The notes below the pieces were generated by a model. It was not told the DNA's origin. It did not search any database and was given only the letters and a program-made list of their open reading frames with translations. From Candidatus Saccharimonadota bacterium (GTDB lineage Bacteria > Patescibacteriota > Saccharimonadia > Saccharimonadales > JAUPVS01), in assembly GCA_037139495.1 (NCBI GenBank), contig JBAXGG010000001.1, positions 3,025-67,024 on the forward strand: 64,000 nucleotides of DNA. Direction: 5' to 3'. Each line of letters begins with the position of its first letter. Position 1 is the first letter of the stretch. Shown piece by piece: positions 1 to 9,953 of the stretch. The translations under genes were made by a program, and so were the position numbers.

Positions 1-46
1 TAGAAATGAGCACTGACTGACCGCTCGATCTCGGTAACAATAAGGA

Positions 47-75
47 CCCCTGGCTAACCCCAGGGGTTTTCTTTT
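47..75 (+). terminator. Rho-independent terminator-like hairpin (CCCCTGG-loop-CCAGGGG followed by a T-run) ending an upstream + strand transcript
   Basis: GC stem of 7 bp followed by ttttctttt, read directly from the sequence. Confidence 0.4.
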
Positions 76-133
76 GGCCTCTGTTATGGTACAATTTTGC
101 GGTTGTAGCAAGCGTTACATATTCCTCGCTCAT

Positions 134-208
134 GGTCTCATCGTCTAACGGTTAGGACACCGGGTTTTCATCCCGGCAATAGGAGTTCGATTCTCCTTGA
201 GATCACCA
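134..208 (+). tRNA. tRNA-Glu (anticodon TTC), CCA encoded
   Basis: Cloverleaf by eye: acceptor GGTCTCA/TGAGATC (one G-T), anticodon stem CCGGG/CCCGG with loop TTTTCAT, T-arm GGAGTTCGATTCTCC. A tggtacaat -10-like element lies upstream at about 84-96. Confidence 0.8.
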
Positions 209-217
209 GTCTAAGCG

Positions 218-239
218 CCCCACTTTAGGTGGGGTTTTT
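218..239 (+). terminator. Rho-independent terminator after tRNA-Glu
   Basis: ccccactttaggtgggg hairpin followed by ttttt. Confidence 0.5.
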
Positions 240-251
240 AGATTCTTGTAT

Positions 252-1034
252 TCACGCTTTGAGTATCTTCTTTAGGCGGGCGTTGTTGATCTTTATAGTC
301 TGTCCATTGAGTCTGCCAAGAAAGTAGTCACTGTAACGAAAAGCGAGTTGGTTGGCCCAGCCTAGGGCTATTGCCCAGCAGAAAATTGCCCAGCTTAATA
401 GTATGACTATGCCGCTCACAACCTGAATCACAGAAGTGGTGTCGGCTACTTGTAGTAAAATATTTGACGGCAAAAAAGCAAGTAATAGGGCTAAGGTTGC
501 TGACAAATAAGAAATTAGTAGGAATATCCCGTATTCAACAAGCCGAACTCGGTCGTGGCGCATTTTCCATAGCGAGGCGGGTTTATAGACCCAAACAACC
601 GAGACGATGTTGCCCAGTCCCAGGCTTATTATAACGGCGATTATAGCTAGCAAGATCGCAAACCAGTAGCTATTCCAGTCGTTTATAACCCAACAGGTGA
701 ATGTTATTAAAGCTAAATCAATCGGTATGGCTATAATTAGCAAGGCTAAGTTCTTGTAAAGGAACAAACTTTTAAGTGAGCGGCCTTTAGCAGCACGCTT
801 TAAAACCTTGTCGGCGTCAGCACCTAGTTGCGAGGCGTTATAGAAAGCCAAACTCCAGATAAATATATTGGCGGCTGCGTAAGGTAATCCCCGGTGATAG
901 GTGTGAATCAAAACACCGATCGTTATGCCGGCCAGCGTCCCGGCGGCCGAAAGTAGCAAATTTAGTGGCAGGCGCCACGGCCGAGCTAATGCCCGACCGA
1001 GTTCTTCGTTTAGTAGACTTACTTTGAAGGCCAT
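252..1034 (-). CDS. Hypothetical polytopic membrane protein (6-8 predicted TM helices)
   Basis: 260-aa ORF with long hydrophobic segments and no recognisable catalytic motif. Confidence 0.45.
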   Translation of the reverse strand: MAFKVSLLNEELGRALARPWRLPLNLLLSAAGTLAGITIGVLIHTYHRGLPYAAANIFIWSLAFYNASQLGADADKVLKRAAKGRSLKSLFLYKNLALLIIAIPIDLALITFTCWVINDWNSYWFAILLAIIAVIISLGLGNIVSVVWVYKPASLWKMRHDRVRLVEYGIFLLISYLSATLALLLAFLPSNILLQVADTTSVIQVVSGIVILLSWAIFCWAIALGWANQLAFRYSDYFLGRLNGQTIKINNARLKKILKA

Positions 1035-1045
1035 GAAGGCTTAAC

Positions 1046-1861
1046 TTAGACGTCGGTACTGCCGAAAGCAGCTTTGAGAGTATCGCGGGCAGTTTTAGCC
1101 GTAGCTTGAAAAGTAGCATCATTGGCTTTGACGGCAGCGTTTCGTGTTTCGGCCAATGCCTTAACAGTCGCTCCAATGCCTGTGTCAGACTTACGATTGG
1201 CTGTAAAGCTTTCTCGGGCTGTTTTAAGCGCGGCTTTGAGAGTTGTTCTAATGTTGGCCGAATCGGCAGGGTTAGCACTACAGCTGGCCTTAGCGGTGGC
1301 TAGGGCGGCACTGACGGCAGCCGTGAAGCTGCTTGTTTGGTTAGTAACACTAGCTTTTTGAGCGGCAATTGCGCTGTCAACTCCAGCACGGAAAGTGGTT
1401 CGAGCTGCATCATTAGCTTTACGACGGGCAGTTACGGCATTAGTAATGGTAGTTTCGTAGGCTTTGACGGCGGCTACTTGGACGGAAGTTGTCGCTTTGG
1501 CCTCTAGTTTAGTAAAGCTAGCTTGACGCTCTGTGTCGTTTTTAGTTCGGCTGTCGGCGAGTTCTTGGTCCCATTTGGAACGATCACCAGTAATATCTTT
1601 GGTTCGTTGAGTTTCGGCCGTATCTTTTTTTTCTTTTTTGTCAGACAAGCCCTTTTCGATTTCGGCTTTGCCACTGGCTAACTTAGCACAAAAATCAGAG
1701 CCGGAGCCCGATTTTTCGGTGCTAGCGGCCGTTGGCGTTGGCTTTGTTACAGTTTCGTTACTGTCACGTGCATAAACTGCTACCGGGGCGCTAACTGCGA
1801 ACAGTAATGTCAACGATAAGCTAGCGTAACCAAGCCGAATGAATTTAGAGAGACGATTCAT
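1046..1861 (-). CDS. Secreted Ala/Thr/Lys-rich, predicted alpha-helical/coiled-coil protein; hypothetical
   Basis: Sec-type signal peptide (MNRLSKFIRLGYASLSLTLLFAVSAPVAVYA) followed by a low-complexity A/T/K-rich body. It overlaps the upstream pilin-like gene by 17 nt, suggesting an operon. Confidence 0.45.
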   Translation of the reverse strand: MNRLSKFIRLGYASLSLTLLFAVSAPVAVYARDSNETVTKPTPTAASTEKSGSGSDFCAKLASGKAEIEKGLSDKKEKKDTAETQRTKDITGDRSKWDQELADSRTKNDTERQASFTKLEAKATTSVQVAAVKAYETTITNAVTARRKANDAARTTFRAGVDSAIAAQKASVTNQTSSFTAAVSAALATAKASCSANPADSANIRTTLKAALKTARESFTANRKSDTGIGATVKALAETRNAAVKANDATFQATAKTARDTLKAAFGSTDV

Positions 1862-2177
1862 TGTAAGCTCCTCCTATATTGGCAGCTGCCGAACTAGTAC
1901 TTTGAGCAGCGGTGCCTTCGCTAGCAGTATGTTTTTGATCAATTGTTGATTCGCTACTGGCATCTTTAGAAACCAAGCTATCGATACTGGCAGTTGTGCC
2001 GGCAGCAATTGGTGCGGCGAACTGACTTTTAACGGTCGTAGATGCGGTGCTATTTGTACTAGAGGTAGACTTATTTTTACGCTGGAAAAACATGAATCCA
2101 AGACCAGCTAAGAGGGCGATTACCACTACAATCACCACCAGCTCAATCGCCGAGAATCCTTCCTGATTATTTTTCAT
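1845..2177 (-). CDS. Type IV pilin-like protein with a prepilin N-terminal cleavage/methylation motif
   Basis: N-terminus MKNNQEGFSAIELVVIVVVIALLAGLGF has a class III signal with G|F at +1 and E at +5, then a hydrophobic helix; the C-terminal half is Ser/Thr-rich. Confidence 0.6.
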   Translation of the reverse strand: MKNNQEGFSAIELVVIVVVIALLAGLGFMFFQRKNKSTSSTNSTASTTVKSQFAAPIAAGTTASIDSLVSKDASSESTIDQKHTASEGTAAQSTSSAAANIGGAYNESSL

Positions 2178-2222
2178 TAGGTACCTTTCTATATTTATAA
2201 ATTTATTATATAACGCTTGTGG

Positions 2223-3605
2223 CTAGGATACTATAGCGTAGATGGCAGCGATTCCGGCCGCACCCATTAGTGCCGTAACCATCCAGCCCATCACAGTTAC
2301 CGAGCGACTGTTAGCCCACTCGCCCATAATCTTCTTGTTACTGCTAATTAAAACAATCAATAATATAACAACAGGGGCAACTATACCATTTGCGACAGCC
2401 GAGTAAATCAGCGCTTTGATGGGGTCAAGGCCGATAAAGTTCAAGCCTAGTCCGACGAACATCGAAATAATAATGATGCCGTAAAAGGCGTGAGCCTGCT
2501 TCAGTTTAGAATTGAGACCCTCCTTCCACAGGAAGCTCTCCGAGAAGGCATAGCTGGTTGAACCGGCCAAAACGGGAATTGCCAGCAAACCGGTACCGAT
2601 AATACCAACGGCGAATAGTAGGAAAGTGGCATTTCCAGCGAACGGTCTTAAAGCCTCTGCAGCCTGTGCAGCCGAAGTTATCGTGGTAATTCCGTGTGGG
2701 AATAAAACCGCTCCACAAGCGGCGATAATAAAAAACATCACTACGTTAGATAGCAGCATGCCCGACCAAACATCGATTCGCATACTTTTTACGTCAGACT
2801 TACTAGCTCCCTGTCGGGATACGACGGTAGTCTTACCCTGGACAATCTGTTCTTCAACTTCTTGGGAGGTTTGCCAGAAGAATAGGTACGGCGAGATGGT
2901 AGTACCCAGGATAGCGCAAATTAACAGCATTTGCTCTTTGCTCCAGGTCATATGTGGGATAAATGAGTGATGCAAAACATCTGTCCAATTGATATGGGCA
3001 AGCAAAGCCGACCCAACGTAAGCAAACAACACCATCGCCAACCATTTTAGGTATTTAGCGTAACGAGCGTAAGGTGTAAAAATCTGTAGACCTAGGCTAA
3101 CGACCGTAAAGCCAATAACCAGCATTGGAAAATTCAGGCTTGGTTGTAAGAGTTGTGCACCTTTGGCCATGGCGCCTAAGTCGGCACCAATGTTAAAAGC
3201 GTTAGCTGCAAATAATAGTAAGGTGCAGGCGTAAAGGACTCTCCTTGAAAAGTTCTTACGAATTGAGCCGGCTAGACCGCGGCCAGTCACTAAACCGATC
3301 CGGGCGCACATTTCTTGAACCAGGGACATCAAGGGGAAGGTAAATATAGCCATCCAAAGCAGCTGGAAGCCGTATTGAGCTCCAGCCTGAGAATAAGTGG
3401 CAATCCCAGATGGGTCATCGTCGGATGCACCGGTAGTAAGGCCGGGCCCGAGCATGTGCCAATAATCTTTGCCTTTTTTTAACATGTTAGGCGTGGCGGG
3501 TAGGTTGTGGCTTAGCTGTTGGCTAATTTGCTGACCAGCTGCAACGCCTTTATCTAATATTTGGGCGGGCGCTTCGGCGCTTTTCTGGAGTATATTTTTA
3601 TTCAT
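2223..3605 (-). CDS. mntH: Nramp-family divalent metal (Mn2+/Fe2+) transporter
   Basis: GPG...DDDPSGIATYSQAGAQYGF motif region typical of Nramp/MntH, with about 11 TM segments. Confidence 0.8.
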   Translation of the reverse strand: MNKNILQKSAEAPAQILDKGVAAGQQISQQLSHNLPATPNMLKKGKDYWHMLGPGLTTGASDDDPSGIATYSQAGAQYGFQLLWMAIFTFPLMSLVQEMCARIGLVTGRGLAGSIRKNFSRRVLYACTLLLFAANAFNIGADLGAMAKGAQLLQPSLNFPMLVIGFTVVSLGLQIFTPYARYAKYLKWLAMVLFAYVGSALLAHINWTDVLHHSFIPHMTWSKEQMLLICAILGTTISPYLFFWQTSQEVEEQIVQGKTTVVSRQGASKSDVKSMRIDVWSGMLLSNVVMFFIIAACGAVLFPHGITTITSAAQAAEALRPFAGNATFLLFAVGIIGTGLLAIPVLAGSTSYAFSESFLWKEGLNSKLKQAHAFYGIIIISMFVGLGLNFIGLDPIKALIYSAVANGIVAPVVILLIVLISSNKKIMGEWANSRSVTVMGWMVTALMGAAGIAAIYAIVS

Positions 3606-3680
3606 GTAAGTTAGTACTTAAGCTTAATTATATGCAAACCTCTAGTATCTGCAACCATAAGCAAGTAAAATTGATAAGTA

Positions 3681-5111
3681 ATGGATACTACTAGTCAGGT
3701 GCCTAAGGTGCCCCTATCTAAATTTAAGCGGACAAAGATCATTGCTACGGTCGGTCCGTCAACGAATAGTTACTCGGCTATCTTAGGATTAATTACAGCT
3801 GGCGCCAATGGTATTCGGCTTAATTTTGCCCACGGTAATCACGAGGAACGTAAGGCTCAAATTACTTGGATTCGTAATGCCGCCAAAAGTTATGGTAAGC
3901 CAGTGGCAATCATCCAAGATCTACAAGGTCCAAAAATGCGGCTCGGTGACTTCGACGGCATCATTAATGTCCGCAAAGGCCAGAGTCTGCAATTCGCCTA
4001 CCTTGCTGATATGGAGAGGTCAGGCATTATTCCCTTGCAGTATGACCTTAGCAAAAAGGTTAAGAGGGGCGAAAAACTATATCTTTATGACGGGAAAGTC
4101 CGGACAACTATTACTAGTGTTAAGGACGGGGTTATCCATGTCGAAGCGGAGAATGACGGTATTTTAATCAAGCGCAATGGCGTAAATCTACCGGACACCG
4201 ACTTTGAGGGCGATATTATTACCGCTAAAGACAAAAAAGACCTAGCCTTCGGCTCTATTCATGATATCGATTACGTAGCCCTCAGTTTTGTCCAAAATTC
4301 CGCTGACATCGAACGGCTTCGCAAACAGCTCAAAACTTTAGGTAGTAGTGCAAAAATTATCGCCAAGATAGAAACGAAAGCCTCTGTCGACAACCTCGAA
4401 TCTATTATTGAAGCTTCCGACGCCGTAATGGTGGCCCGTGGTGACCTAGCACTAGAAACATCCGCCGAAGCCGTGCCGGTTGTCCAGCGTATGATAATAG
4501 GGCTGGGACTAGCTCATAGCAAGCCAACCATAGTCGCAACACAAATGCTGGCTAGTATGACAGAGATGCCAGAACCCACTAGAGCCGAAGTTTCTGATGT
4601 CGCTACCGCAGTTATTATTGGCGCCGATTGTGTGATGCTAAGCGACGAGACGGCTAATGGCCAATACCCAATAGAAGCTGTTGAGGTTATGAAACGAGTA
4701 ACTACCTATACCGAAATTAATAACCCATTAACGGTTCTATTTCCCCGCCAGCCAGATAATACCCGCCAGGGTGCAGTCTGTTCGGCAGTAATTAAACTGG
4801 CTGAAAGCCTGCCAGCTAATGCTATTGTTGCCGAAACTCATTCTGGGGCAGTTGCCCTAGAGATAGCAACTCGCCGCCCGACTGTTCCATTGATTGCAGT
4901 GACGGCCGACCCGCGGGTTGCACAGCAACTGGCGATTGTCTTTGGCGTTAAAGCCTACATACGTCCTTCTGACCGTTTAGCAGCTACAAAATTGACCAAT
5001 TGGCTGTTGCAGGCCAAGGTACTTAGTAAGGGTGATATCGTGGTGACGGCTTCTGGTAAGCACCCGGGAGTAGTCGGGACAACAGATACAATTAAGATAA
5101 GAGTACTATAG
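3681..5111 (+). CDS. pyk: Pyruvate kinase
   Basis: KIIATVGPS, IRLNFAHG and MVARGDL motifs; 476 aa. Confidence 0.9.
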   Translation: MDTTSQVPKVPLSKFKRTKIIATVGPSTNSYSAILGLITAGANGIRLNFAHGNHEERKAQITWIRNAAKSYGKPVAIIQDLQGPKMRLGDFDGIINVRKGQSLQFAYLADMERSGIIPLQYDLSKKVKRGEKLYLYDGKVRTTITSVKDGVIHVEAENDGILIKRNGVNLPDTDFEGDIITAKDKKDLAFGSIHDIDYVALSFVQNSADIERLRKQLKTLGSSAKIIAKIETKASVDNLESIIEASDAVMVARGDLALETSAEAVPVVQRMIIGLGLAHSKPTIVATQMLASMTEMPEPTRAEVSDVATAVIIGADCVMLSDETANGQYPIEAVEVMKRVTTYTEINNPLTVLFPRQPDNTRQGAVCSAVIKLAESLPANAIVAETHSGAVALEIATRRPTVPLIAVTADPRVAQQLAIVFGVKAYIRPSDRLAATKLTNWLLQAKVLSKGDIVVTASGKHPGVVGTTDTIKIRVL

Positions 5112-5124
5112 CGATTGGGGTGGG

Positions 5125-6420
5125 ATGAGTTTTACTAAGCTGACAATTCGTGATGTTGATCTGAAAGACAAGCTGGTACTGCTTAGAACAGACTTTAATG
5201 TGCCAATTAGAGCTGATGGCAAAATAGCCGACGATTTTCGTATTCGCCAATCTATTCCAACCATTCAATACTTGGTCAAAGAAGGCTGCAAAGTAGTAAT
5301 TGTTTCTCATATGGGTCGCCCAAAAAGTAAGCGTGATAAACATCTGAGCCTCCGACCCGTCGCTCATCATCTTAAGCAGTTGCTCGGTCAGCCAATAGCT
5401 TTCGCCGAAGATTGTATCGGCCCAATCGCCGAAAAAGCTGCTGCTAAGCTAGGTGTTGGGGATGTACTACTACTAGAAAACCTCCGTTTTCACCCAGAAG
5501 AAGAAGCCAACGATAAACTTTTTGCTCAAGCACTGGGCCGACTGGGCAAAGTCTTTGTTGAGGATGGTTTTGGTGTTGTACACCGGGCTCATGCTTCCAC
5601 AGAAGGCGTTACTCATTTCTTGCCGAGTGTGGCTGGACTATTGTTAGAAAAAGAGGTCACTACCCTGGACGGTGTTATGAGCGAACCAAAACGGCCGTTA
5701 ATGACTATTATCGGTGGCGCCAAGATTGCAGATAAGATCACCGTCATCAAGTGTTTTATTGAGGTTGCCGATTTTGTGGTAATTGGCGGCGCTATGGCTA
5801 ATACCTTTTTGCTAGCTCAAGGTGTTGATACCGGTAAAAGTATCACCGAACCAGACGAAATTCCGCTCGCCAAGGAGCTCATGGAACTGGCTCGGGCTAA
5901 AGCTGCCAAAGGCTCATTTGTGTTTTATATCCCTCAAGACGGCGTGGTTGCTACTTCAATAGATAAACGTGCTCATACTCGGATTGTGGATTGGCAGGCT
6001 CATATTATTGCTGACGTCGAAAACTACCCTAAGCGTCCGCCTCGCGAGGCAAGCAAAATTAAATCCAACGAACTTATCTTGGATATCGGGCCGTTCTCGG
6101 GTGCCTTTATAGCCGGTGGTATGCAGCTGGCCAGCACAGTTGTTTGGAACGGCGCACTCGGCGTTACTGAAGTCAGCCCACTAGGCGGTCTCGGTCCAGT
6201 CGGTCCTTTTTCTCATGGTACCGAGCTAGTAGTTGAAGCTATGCTAGGTCAGTTTGGTCATCGCCCCTATAGCATTGTTGGTGGTGGTGATACTGTCAGC
6301 TACGTCGAGAGTCGCAAGCTAACAGATAGCTTTAACCATGTTTCCACTGGGGGTGGCGCAAGCTTAGAGCTTATGAGTGGCAAAAAACTACCTGGCATTG
6401 AGGCCTTAAAGAATAAATAA
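5125..6420 (+). CDS. pgk: Phosphoglycerate kinase
   Basis: N-terminal RTDFNVPI and C-terminal GGGDT/STGGGA motifs. Confidence 0.9.
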   Translation: MSFTKLTIRDVDLKDKLVLLRTDFNVPIRADGKIADDFRIRQSIPTIQYLVKEGCKVVIVSHMGRPKSKRDKHLSLRPVAHHLKQLLGQPIAFAEDCIGPIAEKAAAKLGVGDVLLLENLRFHPEEEANDKLFAQALGRLGKVFVEDGFGVVHRAHASTEGVTHFLPSVAGLLLEKEVTTLDGVMSEPKRPLMTIIGGAKIADKITVIKCFIEVADFVVIGGAMANTFLLAQGVDTGKSITEPDEIPLAKELMELARAKAAKGSFVFYIPQDGVVATSIDKRAHTRIVDWQAHIIADVENYPKRPPREASKIKSNELILDIGPFSGAFIAGGMQLASTVVWNGALGVTEVSPLGGLGPVGPFSHGTELVVEAMLGQFGHRPYSIVGGGDTVSYVESRKLTDSFNHVSTGGGASLELMSGKKLPGIEALKNK

Positions 6421-6443
6421 GGTACAATTTAAGCATAAACATT

Positions 6444-7235
6444 ATGAATGACAAGCGAACCCTAATAGTCGGAAACTGGAAGATGAACCTGAATGTCAGC
6501 CAGGCTAGCTTGCTGCTGCACCGTTTGCAGGAGCGCATCCGGATCAGTAATGACATCGAGGTAGTTTTAGCGCCAAGCATGTTAGTTTTGCAGCCATTGT
6601 CGATTCGCTTGGATCGCCGTAAGTTTCGTCTGGCCGCTCAGAATGCTCTTGATAAAGACGAGGGCGCTTACACTGGCGAGGTTTCCTTTGCTATGCTGCG
6701 GGAATTAGTCCATTACGTAATTATTGGACATTCCGAACGACGAATTTACTTTAACGAAACCCTACCGATTATCTGTAATAAAGTTGCCGCCTGCGTTCGC
6801 AATGAAATCACACCTATATTATGTGTTGGCGAAACCAAAGAAGAACGTAAGAATGGCGAGACTAAACAAGTCTTGCATGACCAAGTGAGTACAGCCTTGG
6901 CTGACTTAACAGCTCGAGAAGTTCAGGATATCGTGATTGCTTATGAGCCAGTTTGGGCTATCAGTACTTTTGGGGGCATTTTGGCTAAACCTCATGAAAT
7001 TCAGGTAGAAATGGCTTACATCAGGGACCAAGTTAAGCTATTGTACGGGCCCAAAGCCGCCAAGAGCGTTAGGATTTTGTACGGCGGTAGCGTTGATGAT
7101 CAAATAGCGCCCGGCTATTTGGCGATTCCTGGTTGCGACGGTGTTTTAGTTGGCGGTGCCAGCATCAATTATCACAAATTTTCCGGTATCACCGATGCCG
7201 CTTACCGTTTAAATCGTACGCCTGAATCATTATAA
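6444..7235 (+). CDS. tpiA: Triosephosphate isomerase
   Basis: VGNWKMN, IGHSERR and AYEPVWAI-T-G motifs. Confidence 0.9.
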   Translation: MNDKRTLIVGNWKMNLNVSQASLLLHRLQERIRISNDIEVVLAPSMLVLQPLSIRLDRRKFRLAAQNALDKDEGAYTGEVSFAMLRELVHYVIIGHSERRIYFNETLPIICNKVAACVRNEITPILCVGETKEERKNGETKQVLHDQVSTALADLTAREVQDIVIAYEPVWAISTFGGILAKPHEIQVEMAYIRDQVKLLYGPKAAKSVRILYGGSVDDQIAPGYLAIPGCDGVLVGGASINYHKFSGITDAAYRLNRTPESL

Positions 7236-7277
7236 ATTACCACAGACAGCCTGGGCTCCCGCTGGTATAATAATTAT

Positions 7278-9440
7278 GTGTTAGAAGACGTACTGTTAGG
7301 GTTAAATCCAGAGCAACAAAAGGCCGTTCAAACAACCGAAGGGCCTCTATTAATATTGGCTGGGGCGGGAAGTGGGAAAACCAAAACCTTAACCCACCGT
7401 ATTGCCTATATTATTGCTACTAATAAAGCCACACCCTTCAATATTCTCTCGGTAACTTTTACCAACAAAGCGGCTGGCGAAATGCGCGAAAGAGTTGCGC
7501 ATTTGCTTGGTGCCCGCGCTGACGACCGTACCTTCATGCCCTACATGGGTACCTTCCACAGTATTTGCGTCCGATTATTGCGACAAGATGGCGAAGCCAT
7601 CAATATCCCCCGAAACTTTGTTATTTTTGATGAAGGCGATCGCCAGTCGACCGTTAAGCGAATCACCAAACAACTGCACATCGACGAGAAAGCCTTCCCG
7701 CCGCGCGTTATCGGAAGTTTAATCAGTAGTGCTAAAAATGAGCTGTTAACTCCGCAACAGTACGCCGGCACCGCCAATAGCCCAGCCCAAAAAGTAGCCG
7801 CTCAAGTCTTTCCGATGTACCAATCGGAGCTACGTAATGCCATGGCGCTGGACTTTGACGATCTAATTAGCCGCACCGTGTCCCTCATGGAAACGCAGCC
7901 CGAAGTGCGTAAAAAATGGCAGCAACAGTTTAAATATGTAATGATCGACGAATACCAGGACACCAACGCCGCTCAATACAAATTAATTAAGTTGTTAACT
8001 AACGAAAATAATAACGTTGCTGTAGTTGGAGATGATTTTCAATCGATTTATTCGTGGAGGGGTGCCGATTTTCGTAACATTCTGAACTTCGAGAAGGACT
8101 ACAAAAACTGCACAGTTGTTAAGCTCGAGCAAAATTATCGAAGCACCAAAGCCATCCTAGACGCCGCCCAAGCCGTGATCATGCATAACCAGCAACGTTC
8201 CGACAAAAAGCTTTGGACCGATGCTGGCAATGGTGCACCGGTGCAGATTGTACCAGTTGGTAGTGAGCGGGCCGAGGGCGAAGCCATCGTTCGCCGGATT
8301 CGGACAATGACCGATATTAAAGTTCGTGACTATCGTGACTTCGCTATTTTATACCGTACCAATGCCCAGAGCCGTTCAATCGAGGAGACTTTTATTCACT
8401 ACGGTATCCCATACCGGATTGTCGGTGGTCAACGTTTTTATGACCGCAAAGAAATCAAAGATATCGTCGCCTACCTGCGTCTTATTTATCAGCCCGAAGA
8501 CCGAGCCAGCTTTGATCGAATTGTTAATGTGCCAACGCGCGGCATCGGCGCCAAGTCATTACAGAACTTCCAGGAATGGCAGGCTCAAAACGGGTTAAAT
8601 CTAGAGCAGGCTTTACAGGAAGTCACGACCTGCAATACCCTAACCGCTAAAGCCCGCCAAGGCTTGAGCGAGCTTGCGGACATTATTCAAGCTGCCCGCA
8701 ATTTAATGGAAGCAACACCACTGCCAGCTTTACTTGATTCGCTGACTCGACGCCTAGATTACATGAGCTTTTTAAGTGACGGGACGCCCCAGGGCGAATC
8801 GCGTCAGGAAAACGTTAAAGAACTTTTGAGTGTCGCCCAGTCTTATCAAGAAGTTGGCCTGGCTGGATTTTTAGAGGAAGTCTCCTTAATTAGCGACCTA
8901 GATAGCTGGGAGAGTAATGGTAACGCCGTTACTTTGATGACCTTACATGCTGCCAAAGGCCTGGAATTCCCAGTTGTCTTTATGACTGGCCTGGAGGAAA
9001 CCATTTTTCCGCACTCCCGAGCGCTTTATGATCAGTCGGAGATGGAAGAGGAGCGACGTCTCTGCTACGTTGGTATGACTCGGGCCAGGGAAGAGCTGTT
9101 CTTAACCTACGCCAGTAGTCGCTTATTGTACGGTGGTATGCAGCACAATCCGCCTAGCCGTTTTTTGAGTGAAATCGATGGCAAAGTCCAAACTGCGCCA
9201 GCCAGTAGTGGTTTCAGCCGACCAAACCCTTTTGCAAATGACGGCGAAACCCAATACACAATTGTAGATGACGAGCCTCAATATATACCCGAACTTAACG
9301 AAGGTGACAATGTTAAACACAGCGTCTTTGGTCTTGGTACAGTGCTAGAAATGGACGGCGAAAACGCTACCATCTACTTCAAAGGTAAAGGCACTAAAAA
9401 ACTTAACGTGGCCTTTGCGCCACTTGAAAAAGTAGAATGA
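7278..9440 (+). CDS. pcrA: ATP-dependent DNA helicase PcrA/UvrD (SF1)
   Basis: LNPEQQKAV, GAGSGKT Walker A, DEYQDTN and other UvrD-family helicase motifs; 720 aa. Confidence 0.85.
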   Translation: MLEDVLLGLNPEQQKAVQTTEGPLLILAGAGSGKTKTLTHRIAYIIATNKATPFNILSVTFTNKAAGEMRERVAHLLGARADDRTFMPYMGTFHSICVRLLRQDGEAINIPRNFVIFDEGDRQSTVKRITKQLHIDEKAFPPRVIGSLISSAKNELLTPQQYAGTANSPAQKVAAQVFPMYQSELRNAMALDFDDLISRTVSLMETQPEVRKKWQQQFKYVMIDEYQDTNAAQYKLIKLLTNENNNVAVVGDDFQSIYSWRGADFRNILNFEKDYKNCTVVKLEQNYRSTKAILDAAQAVIMHNQQRSDKKLWTDAGNGAPVQIVPVGSERAEGEAIVRRIRTMTDIKVRDYRDFAILYRTNAQSRSIEETFIHYGIPYRIVGGQRFYDRKEIKDIVAYLRLIYQPEDRASFDRIVNVPTRGIGAKSLQNFQEWQAQNGLNLEQALQEVTTCNTLTAKARQGLSELADIIQAARNLMEATPLPALLDSLTRRLDYMSFLSDGTPQGESRQENVKELLSVAQSYQEVGLAGFLEEVSLISDLDSWESNGNAVTLMTLHAAKGLEFPVVFMTGLEETIFPHSRALYDQSEMEEERRLCYVGMTRAREELFLTYASSRLLYGGMQHNPPSRFLSEIDGKVQTAPASSGFSRPNPFANDGETQYTIVDDEPQYIPELNEGDNVKHSVFGLGTVLEMDGENATIYFKGKGTKKLNVAFAPLEKVE

Positions 9441-9898
9441 AAAGTCTCGGTACATTAACTTTTTGGCTAGTTTATCCGGCGCTATGGATCTATTTAAAAA
9501 TTGGCAGCCGGACGAGGGTTTTAGTTATTGTTGACGATTCAGTACTAGTTTTAAAAAGCTGGTTAGGCCCGGGCCAGTGGGGCTTGCCAGGCGGAGGTCT
9601 ACATCGGGGTGAAGAACCGGCTGTTGGCGCTAGCCGTGAACTACAGGAGGAGACCGGAATAAAAGTCTCGCCTGAAGATTTGAAGTATCTCTATGAAGGG
9701 CAGGCAAATATAAAAGGGCTAAGGTTTAGGTACTCTTGTTATTACCTGGTACTTACCAAACGCCCAAATATTAAAAAGCAAGCTCTGGAAATAGCTAAAG
9801 TAGCCTGGCTACCCCTGAAATCAGTTAGCCTGGTTAGCGCTAATGCAGAAACTTACCAAGCCGCCCAGACTTTGTTGAAACAGCCAAATTTGCTATAA
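9437..9898 (+). CDS. Nudix hydrolase
   Basis: Nudix box GLPGGGLHRGEEPAVGASRELQEETG; ATGA overlap with the pcrA stop. Confidence 0.75.
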   Translation: MKSLGTLTFWLVYPALWIYLKIGSRTRVLVIVDDSVLVLKSWLGPGQWGLPGGGLHRGEEPAVGASRELQEETGIKVSPEDLKYLYEGQANIKGLRFRYSCYYLVLTKRPNIKKQALEIAKVAWLPLKSVSLVSANAETYQAAQTLLKQPNLL

Positions 9899-9953
9899 TT
9901 AGAGAAGCTATTTTTTGGTGAAGTGACCTGATTACGATTTATAGCTACAATCT

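Noticed and set aside
838-1361. ORFs 838..1278(-), 1106..1303(+) and 1122..1361(+) overlapping the 1046..1861 gene
   Set aside because: They are Ala/Leu/Arg-rich shadow frames of a GC-skewed A/T/K-rich coding region. They lack start context and fully overlap a better-supported gene.
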